Positions 1 to 9,519 of a DNA stretch of 64,000 nt are shown piece after piece. This DNA is from a bacterium (GTDB lineage Bacteria; Patescibacteriota; Dojkabacteria; B142; OLB20): contig JAJTYI010000004.1 in the NCBI GenBank assembly GCA_021463645.1, forward strand, positions 46,277 through 110,276, in the 5' to 3' direction. The notes below the pieces were generated by a model. The model saw only the letters and a program-made list of their open reading frames with translations, was not told the DNA's origin and did no database searches. How positions within the stretch are numbered: the stretch's first letter is position 1; each line of letters begins with the position of its first letter. The translations under genes were made by a program, and so were the position numbers.

Positions 1-226
1 ATCATTCAACTAGCAAAGGATACTTTGAGGTTCTCCCTGACAAAGTTAAATGGAATCTGATATATGCAGGGATAACTAGTAGTAGATTCACTACGTTCAT
101 CAACTACTAGTAAAACTCCTCTCCGCGGCATTAATTTTTCGACAATAAGAAATAATTTCTTAGGTTCTCTCAAAGAATTACTTCATCTCTAAATTTCTCA
201 ATCTCTTAATATTTTCCCCCAAATTC

Positions 227-235
227 TGCTATAAT
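227..235 (+). promoter_or_regulatory. candidate extended -10 promoter (TGcTATAAT) for the tRNA-Asp transcription unit
   Basis: tgctataat at 227-235; no clear -35; about 135 nt upstream of tRNA-Asp, so the leader would include the tRNA 5' fragment at 268-314. Confidence 0.35.
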
Positions 236-267
236 CTATCCGTTCTATACAAGTAGTCAATAGTCAC

Positions 268-314
268 AAAGCGGGATTGTCCTCCTTCGTAAAACTACGG
301 AGGATAAATAGCTC
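268..314 (+). repeat. partial copy of the tRNA-Asp 5' end (5-nt flank + positions 1-8) interrupted by a 29-nt hairpin
   Basis: aaagcgggattgt at 268-280 is identical to 366-378; then hairpin cctcc...ggagg (281-303); then agctc (310-314), which matches D-stem positions 9-13. Confidence 0.5.
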
Positions 315-370
315 TCGTTTATTTGGGTATTAGACTTTATTGTTCTTAAAAACTTAATAGACAAGAAAGC

Positions 371-444
371 GGGATTGTAGCTCAACTGGTTAGAGCACAC
401 GCCTGTCACGCGTGAGGTTGCGGGTTCGAGTCCCGTCGGTCCCG
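371..444 (+). tRNA. tRNA-Asp (anticodon GUC)
   Basis: Cloverleaf by eye: acceptor gggattg/cggtccc, D arm gctc/gagc, anticodon stem cacgc/gcgtg with loop cuGUCac, T arm gcggg-ttcgagt-cccgt, discriminator G; CCA not encoded; T-run follows. Confidence 0.9.
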
Positions 445-497
445 CTTTTTTGTCTATGGTTGTTCGTTTTCTCATTTTTCCTGTAAACATTATTTAT

Positions 498-547
498 CTG
501 TCACCCCGTACAGAATAAATTCTTACGGGGCAAGCGCGTGAGGTTGC
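498..547 (+). repeat. internal tRNA-Asp fragment (anticodon loop plus positions 38-50) split by a 31-nt hairpin
   Basis: ctgtcac (498-504) matches 403-409; cgcgtgaggttgc (535-547) is identical to 409-421; between them lies the near-perfect hairpin ccccgtacagaat/attcttacgggg (504-530). Confidence 0.6.
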
Positions 548-728
548 CATTCACCTTGATGAGGGGGAGGGATGTTCAGTAATGCTAATTCCCTTAGATT
601 GCAATAATATCTTTGAAATATTCTAAAAATCCTTATTAGGACTAGGTCCTTTTAATGTAATTATTGAAAGTGTCTGTACTTAGTTCTTCGAAGTTCTCAA
701 TATGACAAAATATATCCAAATTACACTT

Positions 729-2159
729 TTAATTATTAATAATCCTCTCAATATTTTCTTTAGACTCGCATTTCCTTGTAGCAGTTTGATCAGAATCATA
801 AAAAGTATAAACAGGGGAACATGTCCTACCTAAATCATTGTAAACAAGATTTAAATATATCCATACCTCTCTACCATTACTATTAGTTGTAGTTACATCT
901 GGATTACCAAACTTCTCTGTTAAATCAATCTTATACCTACTATCTGCATCACCCCAAGCATCCCACTCACTATAGCTGATCTCTCCTGTAGAGGTATTCT
1001 CTTCAACTACATCGTTATCACCTTCTTCCTTTGATACATCATCAGCTTCTTCTCTCTCTGCAGTATCCTCTTGTACAACCACCTCCTTTGAACCACTCCC
1101 TTCAGATATGTTTGTAATATACTCCTTTACTTCTTCTTGAGTCATTGGTTCATAATCTTTGTTAATGCTTTTTATCCAATCTTCTACCTCGGCTTTCTCT
1201 AATTCTGCAATTGTAAGTTCTCCTGGATATTTAGTATTCTTAATAACTTGAAACGGAGGATGGTATTCAAAATTTTTAAGGTCTATCCCTATAACTTTGC
1301 CCTCCTGGGCACTTGCCCTAAATTCTTCAAGCCCTAAATTGACTGCCTCAAATTTTCCAATAGCTTTCTCTAGATTACCAGGGATATTGGCAATTGTTAA
1401 AACGGTAGCAATAGGTTCGGTTGCTGTTCTTACATCTTTTACAAAAGAAGATACTTTATTTTTATCTCCAAGGGCGATTTGAGCTCCATCCTCAGTAACC
1501 TCTAATGCTAAATCTACGCCCGTAACAACTACCGTCACCTGTGCCAGAGTACCAGCAGTAGCAAATCCTGCAGCACCTCCAGTCGCCACAACCCCACCAA
1601 CATAAACAGCAACTTTACATGAATCTTTAATCACTATTGCTTGATTTTCTAATTTCTCAAATGCGTCTCCCGCTTCTCCCCATGCTTCCCTAGTTGCCAT
1701 GTCCTGTGATTGATTAAGTATTAATTGAGCTTTTTTAACATCTACTCCAAAATGTTGAGCTAACGTTCGTATCGTTCTGCCTGCTGGAGCACTCTCGATT
1801 ACTGCTTGTACTTCCCGAGTATCATACGCATATGCTTTTGAGGATAAGTAAAATGAAGTTCTTTCTTTAGATATCTCACTAGCATTCTCTTCTAATTCTA
1901 ATACCTTGCCTTCTAATACTCCCCACTGTTGAATAAGGGAATTCACCTCTTCGTTCCAATTATCATAACTTTCATATTCCTTTGCATTAACCAAAACATT
2001 ATCAGTATTATATCTTAATGCTAGATACTCTTTTGATATACTTAATGTATTCTCATAAACTATCTGTTCTGTTTTATCATTATCTCTTATTAGGAAATAT
2101 CCTAGTAAAAAGAGAACAATAATCCCTAACAAGAAAAGCCCTAGATTTCTTTTAGACAT
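729..2159 (-). CDS. hypothetical membrane-anchored protein (N-terminal TM, Gly/Ala/Val-rich centre, acidic linker)
   Basis: 476-aa ORF; hydrophobic N-terminus LGLFLLGIIVLFLLGYFLI; no family recognised. Confidence 0.6.
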   Translation of the reverse strand: MSKRNLGLFLLGIIVLFLLGYFLIRDNDKTEQIVYENTLSISKEYLALRYNTDNVLVNAKEYESYDNWNEEVNSLIQQWGVLEGKVLELEENASEISKERTSFYLSSKAYAYDTREVQAVIESAPAGRTIRTLAQHFGVDVKKAQLILNQSQDMATREAWGEAGDAFEKLENQAIVIKDSCKVAVYVGGVVATGGAAGFATAGTLAQVTVVVTGVDLALEVTEDGAQIALGDKNKVSSFVKDVRTATEPIATVLTIANIPGNLEKAIGKFEAVNLGLEEFRASAQEGKVIGIDLKNFEYHPPFQVIKNTKYPGELTIAELEKAEVEDWIKSINKDYEPMTQEEVKEYITNISEGSGSKEVVVQEDTAEREEADDVSKEEGDNDVVEENTSTGEISYSEWDAWGDADSRYKIDLTEKFGNPDVTTTNSNGREVWIYLNLVYNDLGRTCSPVYTFYDSDQTATRKCESKENIERIINN

Positions 2160-2403
2160 AGTATTATGAAAAATAATTAGATATCCGTATTTTAATATAA
2201 AAAGTGTAATATTTATATATTATTAATCAAAATATAATTAATATATATAAAAGAGCAATTGGTTTAATGTATCGTTGATCTACCCCTATAAAAAATTTAT
2301 TATTTTAGGTTTCAGATGTGTATGTTCCATCTTGTGACTTAGTGAAAACATTTTACCCCTTTCTCTCCCATGCTATACTTTCCCACTAATTAAACTAATC
2401 TAT

Positions 2404-3180
2404 ATGCCAAAACACTTTATTAGCGCAATTGTTCCTGCCTATAATGAGGAAAAGACAATTGCTACAGTATTAGCGGTAATATTGAAATCTCCCAAAGTTG
2501 ATGAGGTGATTTGTATTAACGATGGCTCTACTGATAACACTCTAGAAGAAATTAATAATTTCAAAAATAAGATTCAAATTATCGAAATCCATCAGAATCA
2601 AGGCAAAGGGAATGCGATGGCAGAAGGAATAAAAAAAGCCACAGGGGATATTATTCTATTCCTGGATGCGGATTTTACAAATCTAACGACCGAACATATT
2701 GAAACTTTATTGAACCCAATATTAAACAGTAACTACAGAGTGGTGATGGGGATCTTGGAAGTTAAACCAATACATAAGATATTCTCAAATCTTACTGGGC
2801 AAAGAGCTTATTATAAGGAAGATTTATTACCACATTTGAAATACATCTCAAAATCAAAATATGGCGCAGAGACATATTTAAATGTAGTTTTTAATAAAGA
2901 TGAGACAAAGAAAGTTGTGATTAAAGGATTGCTAAGCCTTCCGAAGTACCAAAAATTAGACCAAAACACTGCCTTAAATACGTATATAAAAGAAGGAGTA
3001 GATATAGCGCGAGTTCTGACTGACAAATCAATTTTATCTAAGCAAGGTGCTAAGATTCTAAAGGAGCTTGAAGATGTGAGTGAAGTTAAGACTCTAAAGA
3101 AGAAAATAAAAGAGATTCCTGATATTGAGGTTAGACAGATTCTGGAGAAATATGTTCTGAGGCATATTAGAGATCTGTAA
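2404..3180 (+). CDS. family 2 glycosyltransferase (GT-A fold)
   Basis: IVPAYNEE...INDGSTDNT...LDADF motifs typical of GT2; candidate TGcTATACT -10 upstream near 2370. Confidence 0.8.
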   Translation: MPKHFISAIVPAYNEEKTIATVLAVILKSPKVDEVICINDGSTDNTLEEINNFKNKIQIIEIHQNQGKGNAMAEGIKKATGDIILFLDADFTNLTTEHIETLLNPILNSNYRVVMGILEVKPIHKIFSNLTGQRAYYKEDLLPHLKYISKSKYGAETYLNVVFNKDETKKVVIKGLLSLPKYQKLDQNTALNTYIKEGVDIARVLTDKSILSKQGAKILKELEDVSEVKTLKKKIKEIPDIEVRQILEKYVLRHIRDL

Positions 3181-3199
3181 TTATATTGTTGAAAGTCTT

Positions 3200-4045
3200 T
3201 TAATTACTTATACTTCCGCGGATATTTAAATAGATTCTTCCGTGGTCTCTAGAGAAGCTTGCCTTCACTTGGTAACCATCTTCTATCCAACTCATTAGTC
3301 CTGACTCTGAGTTGTATTGATAATCTTCTTTGTTTTCGTAAACACCTTTGTATTTCTCTATCAGGATGCCGAATTCGTCAATATCGTCAATGCCGTCTTT
3401 GTTTTCATCCCCACTATCTAATACAGTAAAGTACTTGGTATATTCAGTTTGCCCCCCAACCTGATTAAGAAGACCGTATGAGTTTTCTTCCTCTACAAAC
3501 ATCGTATCCTCAATAAATAAACTGGGGAATGTGTCAAAATACTTATTTTCTTTTGTAAATTCGTCGTTTGGGAAATACACTTGAACATAAGCAGTTTCGT
3601 CAGAGTCATAATGTGCTGCAGTTACCCTGTATTTTCCAATTAGTCCTTTTACCATATCAGGTATAGGGAATTCTTCAACAATTTCTTGGTCAAAGATGCT
3701 TTTATAATAATCCAAAAATTCTGATTGAGAAGCTTCGGTATAAAAGACTACATTGTGGTAGCTGAAGTCTTTATCGTCAAATGTAGAAATATTCCTGGAA
3801 TCCCAATTATTATAGAGCTTGCTAGAGCTCACTTCTGTGACTTTATACAGTGGGACATCATTAACCGGATAGTCGTCTAATAGATATTCAAATTCTGAAA
3901 CTTCCGCACTTGTGGCACTGGAACTTGATGATTCGCTATTTTCGTCTGTGCTATCTTCTTTCGGAAGATTAGTCATGAGAAAAATAAAAATTATAAGCAC
4001 AATTACTAAGACTAGGGATAAAAAAAGTTTCGAAATGTTTTTCAT
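3200..4045 (-). CDS. hypothetical secreted or membrane-anchored protein
   Basis: 281-aa ORF with N-terminal TM/signal anchor and a Ser-rich linker. Confidence 0.55.
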   Translation of the reverse strand: MKNISKLFLSLVLVIVLIIFIFLMTNLPKEDSTDENSESSSSSATSAEVSEFEYLLDDYPVNDVPLYKVTEVSSSKLYNNWDSRNISTFDDKDFSYHNVVFYTEASQSEFLDYYKSIFDQEIVEEFPIPDMVKGLIGKYRVTAAHYDSDETAYVQVYFPNDEFTKENKYFDTFPSLFIEDTMFVEEENSYGLLNQVGGQTEYTKYFTVLDSGDENKDGIDDIDEFGILIEKYKGVYENKEDYQYNSESGLMSWIEDGYQVKASFSRDHGRIYLNIRGSISN

Positions 4046-4179
4046 ATTGACTGTCAGATAGGTTAATTAGATATTTTAACGAGATTATATCACTTTCCAT
4101 ATATTTTCTCTCTAAGTTAATTATTATTTCGGTTTCAAATAAGTTAAAATCCTTAATAGTTGTTTATAGTTTGTTGCCA

Positions 4180-4770
4180 ATGATGAAAAAAGTTCTAATA
4201 TTCGACTTCGATGGAGTTCTTGCAAATACTATGCAGCTTCACCTTAAGTTGTCACGGAAATTTTTCCCAGATGTTACAGAACAGGATCATATTAATCATG
4301 GGAAATCTAATCCAATCATAAAACCAGCTATTAGATATGAGAAGGAACATTATCCAATATATTTTGATATGTATAACAAAAGGGTAGTAGAGACTGAGGT
4401 TTACCCTTTATATGATTTCCTGAAAAAATACAATGACAGAACAATTGTGATTTGTAGTAGTTCTCCGAGAGGGGGTATTGAAAACTTTCTTTCTACGAAA
4501 AAAATTAGCAAGTTGATAGATGATATTTATGATGTGCACTTGAATCCAAGTAAAGTGGAAAAACTACAGTTGATAATGGATAAATATGAGGTAAAGCCCG
4601 TAGATTGTATATTTGTGACTGACACAGTTGGAGACATAAATGAAGCTAGGAAACTCAATATCGATGCAATAGGGGTTACTTGGGGACTACATTCGAGAGA
4701 AATATTAGAAGAAGCTAATCCACTAGCCATTATCGATAAAATCGAAGAATTGGATGATTTACTAAAATAA
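4180..4770 (+). CDS. HAD-superfamily hydrolase (phosphatase-like)
   Basis: DxDGV motif IFDFDGVLANT near the N-terminus; the ATG at 4180 is preferred over the TTG at 4171. Confidence 0.7.
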   Translation: MMKKVLIFDFDGVLANTMQLHLKLSRKFFPDVTEQDHINHGKSNPIIKPAIRYEKEHYPIYFDMYNKRVVETEVYPLYDFLKKYNDRTIVICSSSPRGGIENFLSTKKISKLIDDIYDVHLNPSKVEKLQLIMDKYEVKPVDCIFVTDTVGDINEARKLNIDAIGVTWGLHSREILEEANPLAIIDKIEELDDLLK

Positions 4771-5238
4771 TGCCCAGATTACAAAGGTACTTATCAAAAC
4801 CGTGACTAGTTCGATGTAAATATGTTTCGATTTATGGAATTGATTAATCTTTGATTTCACGGACTTATTTTCTGGTTGTGGATGTATTTGAGTAAATGAA
4901 AACTCTTTTGAATGAAAAGGAGCTAGCCAATGAACACCAATTGTCATCCCGAATGTATCTAATATCAAGTGAAGTAAACCAGATATTAGGATTGACTGAG
5001 AATAAATGTGAGGAGAGGGCTCTAAATACCAGACAATTGTTGCTAATACCACCCAGAGAAATGGGTAATGTGTAATATCATTATGGTGGTCGGAAATCTT
5101 CCTCCAGATTAAATTAATATCCGGAAGCAATGAGAGTCCAATATTCAATGGAACTGTTAAATTTGAATCTACTCCAGTGATATTTGATAACGCAACTCCG
5201 ATTGAAGCCCCAACGAGTGCATGTGATAGGAAGGTCAT
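4762..5238 (-). CDS. membrane-bound metal-dependent hydrolase, YdjM/DUF457-like
   Basis: MTFLSHALVG..., LLPDIN, HxxDITH and LHLILDTF motifs in a multi-TM 158-aa protein. Confidence 0.6.
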   Translation of the reverse strand: MTFLSHALVGASIGVALSNITGVDSNLTVPLNIGLSLLPDINLIWRKISDHHNDITHYPFLWVVLATIVWYLEPSPHIYSQSILISGLLHLILDTFGMTIGVHWLAPFHSKEFSFTQIHPQPENKSVKSKINQFHKSKHIYIELVTVLISTFVIWALF

Positions 5239-6710
5239 TTGTAATTAAGACGTGGTGATTTAATTCGAGTTATTATTATACCAAATATAAAAATAATGGC
5301 TCCAACTATTAATGAGATGAGATAACCATTGCCAGTTGGCACCAAAGTTATGTTAATCCCTAATGTAATTTGAGGATAAGTTATGACCTGTTCATCAGTA
5401 GTTGTTGCTACTATTGTCACTGTATGCAAACCATTCTCAATATATGAGAATGTACATTCGAAGTTCCCTTCTGCGTCTGCAGTGGTTTTGCAAATCTTAG
5501 GTTCAGAATTAACTGTAATCTTCACAAATGCCAATGGGTGTGTTATCCCTTTAAATTTAATATTGTTGTTGTAAGGGTAATAATATGTAAAGACATTAGT
5601 TAATATGTAGATAGCGTTAATATTTGTAATCCTCATATCTATTGCTGGAGTTAGTGTCACTGTAGGTTGGGGCGTGTTTGTTGGAACTAATGTAGGGGTA
5701 GGGGTATTTGTAGGGTAAACAATTGCAGGACCAGCACAGCGATAGCCAATATCTTCGTTGCTTCCTACATCAGCCACACTTAGACTCATTGTGAAAATAC
5801 CACCATCGATTAAGCTTGTCCATGAACCTCCACGTAATGCAATTCTCAAACCAGCGGATACTTCATCATCACCAAATGTTCAGATCCGTCCAACCCCATG
5901 AGTTGAATTATATGATGAATCCAAGGGTCTTATGATGTCGTAAGAAAGCATGCCATAACCGTCGATGTCTGTGAATTCTCCCCAACCTCCAGATGTTCCA
6001 TCATCAGCAGTAGTGCTTAAAGTCGGCATATTTACACGAGGTATCACACTATCAGCATCGTCTATGCGAAGATGTTCCCACACATTCCCAGACAAATCCC
6101 ATATTTCAGTTCCATTCGATAATATAATTTTAGATTTTTCATCTCGAGATGTTCCGTATTCAGGATTTTCACCATCATAACTAACTCCATCTATAACGCC
6201 AACATTACCTCTTTTTAATCCTCCTAATCCTGCAATTGTAGAACCCATAACACCGTCAATCCAGTTTGCAGATTGAAGTTCTGCGTTTCGAGTAATTGTC
6301 ATCCATTCATCATTTTTTATCAAATATGTTCCTGCAGGACAAGCATTCTCTGCTTGATTGTGACTGATGTGTACAATTGGAGCACCTTCTGCAGTTGAAA
6401 CAACTTTGTTAGGATCAAAGGAAATGATGTCCCGATAATCCAAACCGAAACCAGAATTCGCAACAGCACCGCAAGCTTCTGCTGTATCACCAAGGCCATC
6501 TCCAGTACAGTCTTATTTAGCTTCAAATTGCATCACTGAGAACTCTTCAGTATTGTATAGAGCATTCCCTGGTACGTTTTGCCACCCAGTTCCTGGGGCA
6601 ACACTTGTGTTAATATCTTCAGTCGATTGAGCTTTTGTATTTATCAATTCTCTCGAATACACTAGGAATATTAATGGTAATACAACAATGATGATAACTA
6701 TTTTCTGCAT
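5235..6710 (-). pseudogene. FGE-sulfatase (SUMF1/DUF323, C-type-lectin fold) surface protein interrupted by two in-frame stops
   Basis: Three ORFs (6513-6710, 5880-6443, 5235-5849) share one reading frame; they are separated only by TAA (6513-6515) and TGA (5880-5882); motifs FSVMQFEAK, GNVWEH, RGGSW, IGYRCA; then a PT-rich linker, an Ig-like region and LVPTG + TM + basic tail. Confidence 0.7.
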
Positions 6711-6856
6711 TTATAATCTCTGGAATTTTAAGTTCATCTAAACTATAACAAATATCAAATATCTAATAAAACTAGATTTACATGTCAATTTGAATAGAAA
6801 TTCTATACTCAAAGTGATATATAATGTGCCTATATATTAATTTATTTTTCTTTGAT

Positions 6857-7786
6857 ATGATCCATACAGAATTCAAACTGAACAATGGAAATACTATGCC
6901 ATCGTTTGGTCTAGGTACTTGGAGATCGGAAAAAGGAGTTGTAGCAGAAGCTGTTAAATACGCGTTACTCGAAGCCGATTACAAACATATTGATTGTGCG
7001 GCTGTTTATGGCAATGAAAAAGAAATTGGTGAAGCGTTTGGGGAGGTTTTCAAATCTGGCAAAGTGAAAAGGGAAGATATTTTTATTACCAGCAAGTTAT
7101 GGAATACTAACCACAAAAAAGAAAATGTCGAAAAAGCCTGCAAGCAAACACTAAAAGACCTGAAGCTGGACTATTTAGATTTATATTTGATCCACTGGGG
7201 GATAGCTTTCGAACCTGGAGATAATAATGAACCGTTAGATAGTGAAGGTTACATCAGAACTGAAAATGTCTCACTTAGAGAAACTTGGGAAGCGATGGAG
7301 AATCTAGTTGAAAAAGGGTTGGTGAAATCTATTGGGGTTTCAAATTTTTCAACACAGTTAATCCTTGAGTTGCTGTCATTCGCAAAAATACGACCTGCAG
7401 TTAATCAAATTGAAGTGCATCCTTATAATACCCAGGATCTATTTCTGAAGTATATGAAGCACGAGGATATTCTAGTAACAGCATATTCTCCAATGGGTTC
7501 ACCAGGTGGACGAGATGAAGGTGAGGATTCTTTGTTGGAAGATGATGTTATCTTGGAACTTGCAAAGAAATATAAAAAATCACCTGCCCAAATTGCATTA
7601 AATTGGGGTATCAGTCGGGGTGTTGTAATCATTCCAAAAAGTACCACAAAAGCTAGAATCAAAGAAAACAAACAAGCCCTTGATTTCGAGATGACTCCAG
7701 AGGATCATGATAAAATCTCGAAATTAAATCGAGACTACAGATTCGTCGACCCAATTAAATGGTGGAGAGTGCCTTATTTTAAGTAA
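6857..7786 (+). CDS. aldo/keto reductase
   Basis: LNNGNTMPSFGLGTW, HIDCAAVYGNE and LYLIHW motifs; the ATG at 6857 is preferred to 6824. Confidence 0.85.
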   Translation: MIHTEFKLNNGNTMPSFGLGTWRSEKGVVAEAVKYALLEADYKHIDCAAVYGNEKEIGEAFGEVFKSGKVKREDIFITSKLWNTNHKKENVEKACKQTLKDLKLDYLDLYLIHWGIAFEPGDNNEPLDSEGYIRTENVSLRETWEAMENLVEKGLVKSIGVSNFSTQLILELLSFAKIRPAVNQIEVHPYNTQDLFLKYMKHEDILVTAYSPMGSPGGRDEGEDSLLEDDVILELAKKYKKSPAQIALNWGISRGVVIIPKSTTKARIKENKQALDFEMTPEDHDKISKLNRDYRFVDPIKWWRVPYFK

Positions 7787-7794
7787 TCCTTATT

Positions 7795-9123
7795 TTAGAG
7801 TAAATACATCTCGTCTAGTTTGAGTAGGGTCTTTGTCTCTTTTGTGACTATGTTGTATATTCTAATATCAGTTTTGTAATCATCGAAAACCCAGTCTGCC
7901 ACAGGACATGATAATTCTTCTGGTTGTTCAAGTCCCTTAGTTGGATCACATTCGGTTAAACCATATCCAAGTAAATTTTCATTATCCATTAGATGCGAAT
8001 TTGCAGGGATGTCTGAATACTTCACTAGAGTTGTGGTATCACCAGACAAATCTGCTATGTAAGCCAAATGCTTTTCCTCTTTATAAACGTTTAGTAGGGC
8101 AGTTTTATTACTTATGTCAATATTATAGATTTCTCCAAAAGTTGATTTATCATTAATACGATACAAATCTACGAAACTGAACTTACCATCTGGTGTGATT
8201 GTGTACTTCCTTATAGTCACTTGTGTGTTATTCTCATTCTTTACCAATGAGACAAGTGAACTATCGTCAATCCAACGAGTCCTAAATGCTCCCTCAGCTT
8301 CAATTAATTTACTACCAGTTGATGTAAAAACAACCATACCTCCATTGTAGCTTGGAGGCACTAGTTTCGGTTCAGTAAAGAAATCATTTGTAGTTGTATC
8401 TTGATAAATAATATAACTTTCCGAATTGTTCGGAGCGAAGTAACCGTCGTCTTCTGCCATTGGTCCGCGTCCTCCCATTGTTAGTTCAAATTCAAATATT
8501 TTGGTTACTTTTGGATTGATCAATGTTCCTTTGTACAAAACGGATGAAGTTTCTTCAAAAGATTTAGTGTATAGATTATTACTTGTCGGATGGTAGTATC
8601 CAAATGATAAATTCTCAGGTAAATCATTAAGGGTCCCATCAGATACTTTTAGTAGTTTGCGTGAATTACCCCAAACAGCAATATATTGCTGGGTATCGTC
8701 AATTATGAGATTATTATAATCGCATAATTCTTCTTTCTCATATAACACGGATATTTCTCCGTCAGGACTAATATTATGCATCTTACAATCAGCCAATACC
8801 TTTAATTCTCTTGGCTCGATTGTGGGTGTCACTACTAAAAGTGTGGGTCGGGTTATAGTTTCCCCAGTGGCTTGATCGGTTGTATCTGACTCCTGTGGAA
8901 TGGAAATTGTCTGATTCTTTGAGATTAAATAATAAGCAACAAGTCCTCCCAAGATAGCGAGAATGACTATTAGTAAGCCAATCTCTAGTAAGTTTTTCTT
9001 TGATTTAGGTATTGAAGTTGTAGCAGATATGGGAGTTGTTATTGGTGGATTTATAGTAGTTGTAGATTCTAATTGCTCATTCGAGATAGGCGTTGTGTCG
9101 GAACTATTTTCAAAATTATCCAT
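7795..9123 (-). CDS. hypothetical membrane-anchored protein (possible beta-propeller ectodomain)
   Basis: 442-aa ORF; single TM after a Thr/Pro-rich N-terminus; no family recognised. Confidence 0.55.
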   Translation of the reverse strand: MDNFENSSDTTPISNEQLESTTTINPPITTPISATTSIPKSKKNLLEIGLLIVILAILGGLVAYYLISKNQTISIPQESDTTDQATGETITRPTLLVVTPTIEPRELKVLADCKMHNISPDGEISVLYEKEELCDYNNLIIDDTQQYIAVWGNSRKLLKVSDGTLNDLPENLSFGYYHPTSNNLYTKSFEETSSVLYKGTLINPKVTKIFEFELTMGGRGPMAEDDGYFAPNNSESYIIYQDTTTNDFFTEPKLVPPSYNGGMVVFTSTGSKLIEAEGAFRTRWIDDSSLVSLVKNENNTQVTIRKYTITPDGKFSFVDLYRINDKSTFGEIYNIDISNKTALLNVYKEEKHLAYIADLSGDTTTLVKYSDIPANSHLMDNENLLGYGLTECDPTKGLEQPEELSCPVADWVFDDYKTDIRIYNIVTKETKTLLKLDEMYLL

Positions 9124-9159
9124 TAATGGGAAAAATAATATTTATGAATACAGATTAGC

Positions 9160-9190
9160 ACAAAAAAACACGCATGTTTAATGCGTGTTT
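9160..9190 (-). terminator. intrinsic terminator downstream of the YtxH-like gene
   Basis: Hairpin aaacacgcat/atgcgtgttt (9166-9190), followed on the minus strand by a T-run (complement of the A-run at 9162-9168). Confidence 0.6.
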
Positions 9191-9212
9191 TAATTTATTG
9201 AGGAAGTGAATA

Positions 9213-9464
9213 TTATCTTTTCAATTCTTCGACTTTTTTCTCAACTTCTTTTTTCATTTCTTCTGTTTTCTCTTTCATATCTGTTTTGACTTCTGTACCT
9301 TTCTTTTCGATACTGTCCTTTGTCTCGTCGATTTTGTTTTTGATATCTTTTCTGGTTTCTTTACCTGATTTAGGGGCAAGCATAAGACCGGCTAGAACTC
9401 CTGCTCCGATTGCTGAAGCAACCACACTTGCTTGCTTTACAATTTTATTCACGCTGTTTGGCAT
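9213..9464 (-). CDS. YtxH-like small membrane/stress protein
   Basis: N-terminal GAGVLAGLMLAPKSGKETRKD motif followed by a Lys/Glu-rich helix. Confidence 0.6.
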   Translation of the reverse strand: MPNSVNKIVKQASVVASAIGAGVLAGLMLAPKSGKETRKDIKNKIDETKDSIEKKGTEVKTDMKEKTEEMKKEVEKKVEELKR

Positions 9465-9519
9465 TTTATTGACTGTTAAAGTTAATTAATTTATGTCTAA
9501 TGATATGCTAATTTAACTA

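Noticed and set aside
1-60. Possible 3' end of a plus-strand gene entering from the left edge
   Set aside because: Only 19 codons lie before the TGA, too little to support a call.
257-490. 77-aa minus-strand ORF
   Set aside because: It lies directly over tRNA-Asp and its flanking fragments; it has no coding features and is explained by the RNA gene.
5235-6443. Diversity-generating retroelement target (FGE/C-type-lectin fold is a common DGR scaffold)
   Set aside because: No reverse transcriptase gene is present, and I could see no template-repeat copy of the RGGSW...IGYRCA-encoding segment anywhere in the window. A systematic repeat search could still be run.
5235-6710. Stop-codon reassignment (e.g. 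UGA=Gly, code 25) explaining the in-frame stops
   Set aside because: TGA and TAA both terminate many long homology-supported ORFs in this window (for example TGA at 37608-37610 and 38797-38799). Genes of 600-900 aa are also uninterrupted under the standard code.
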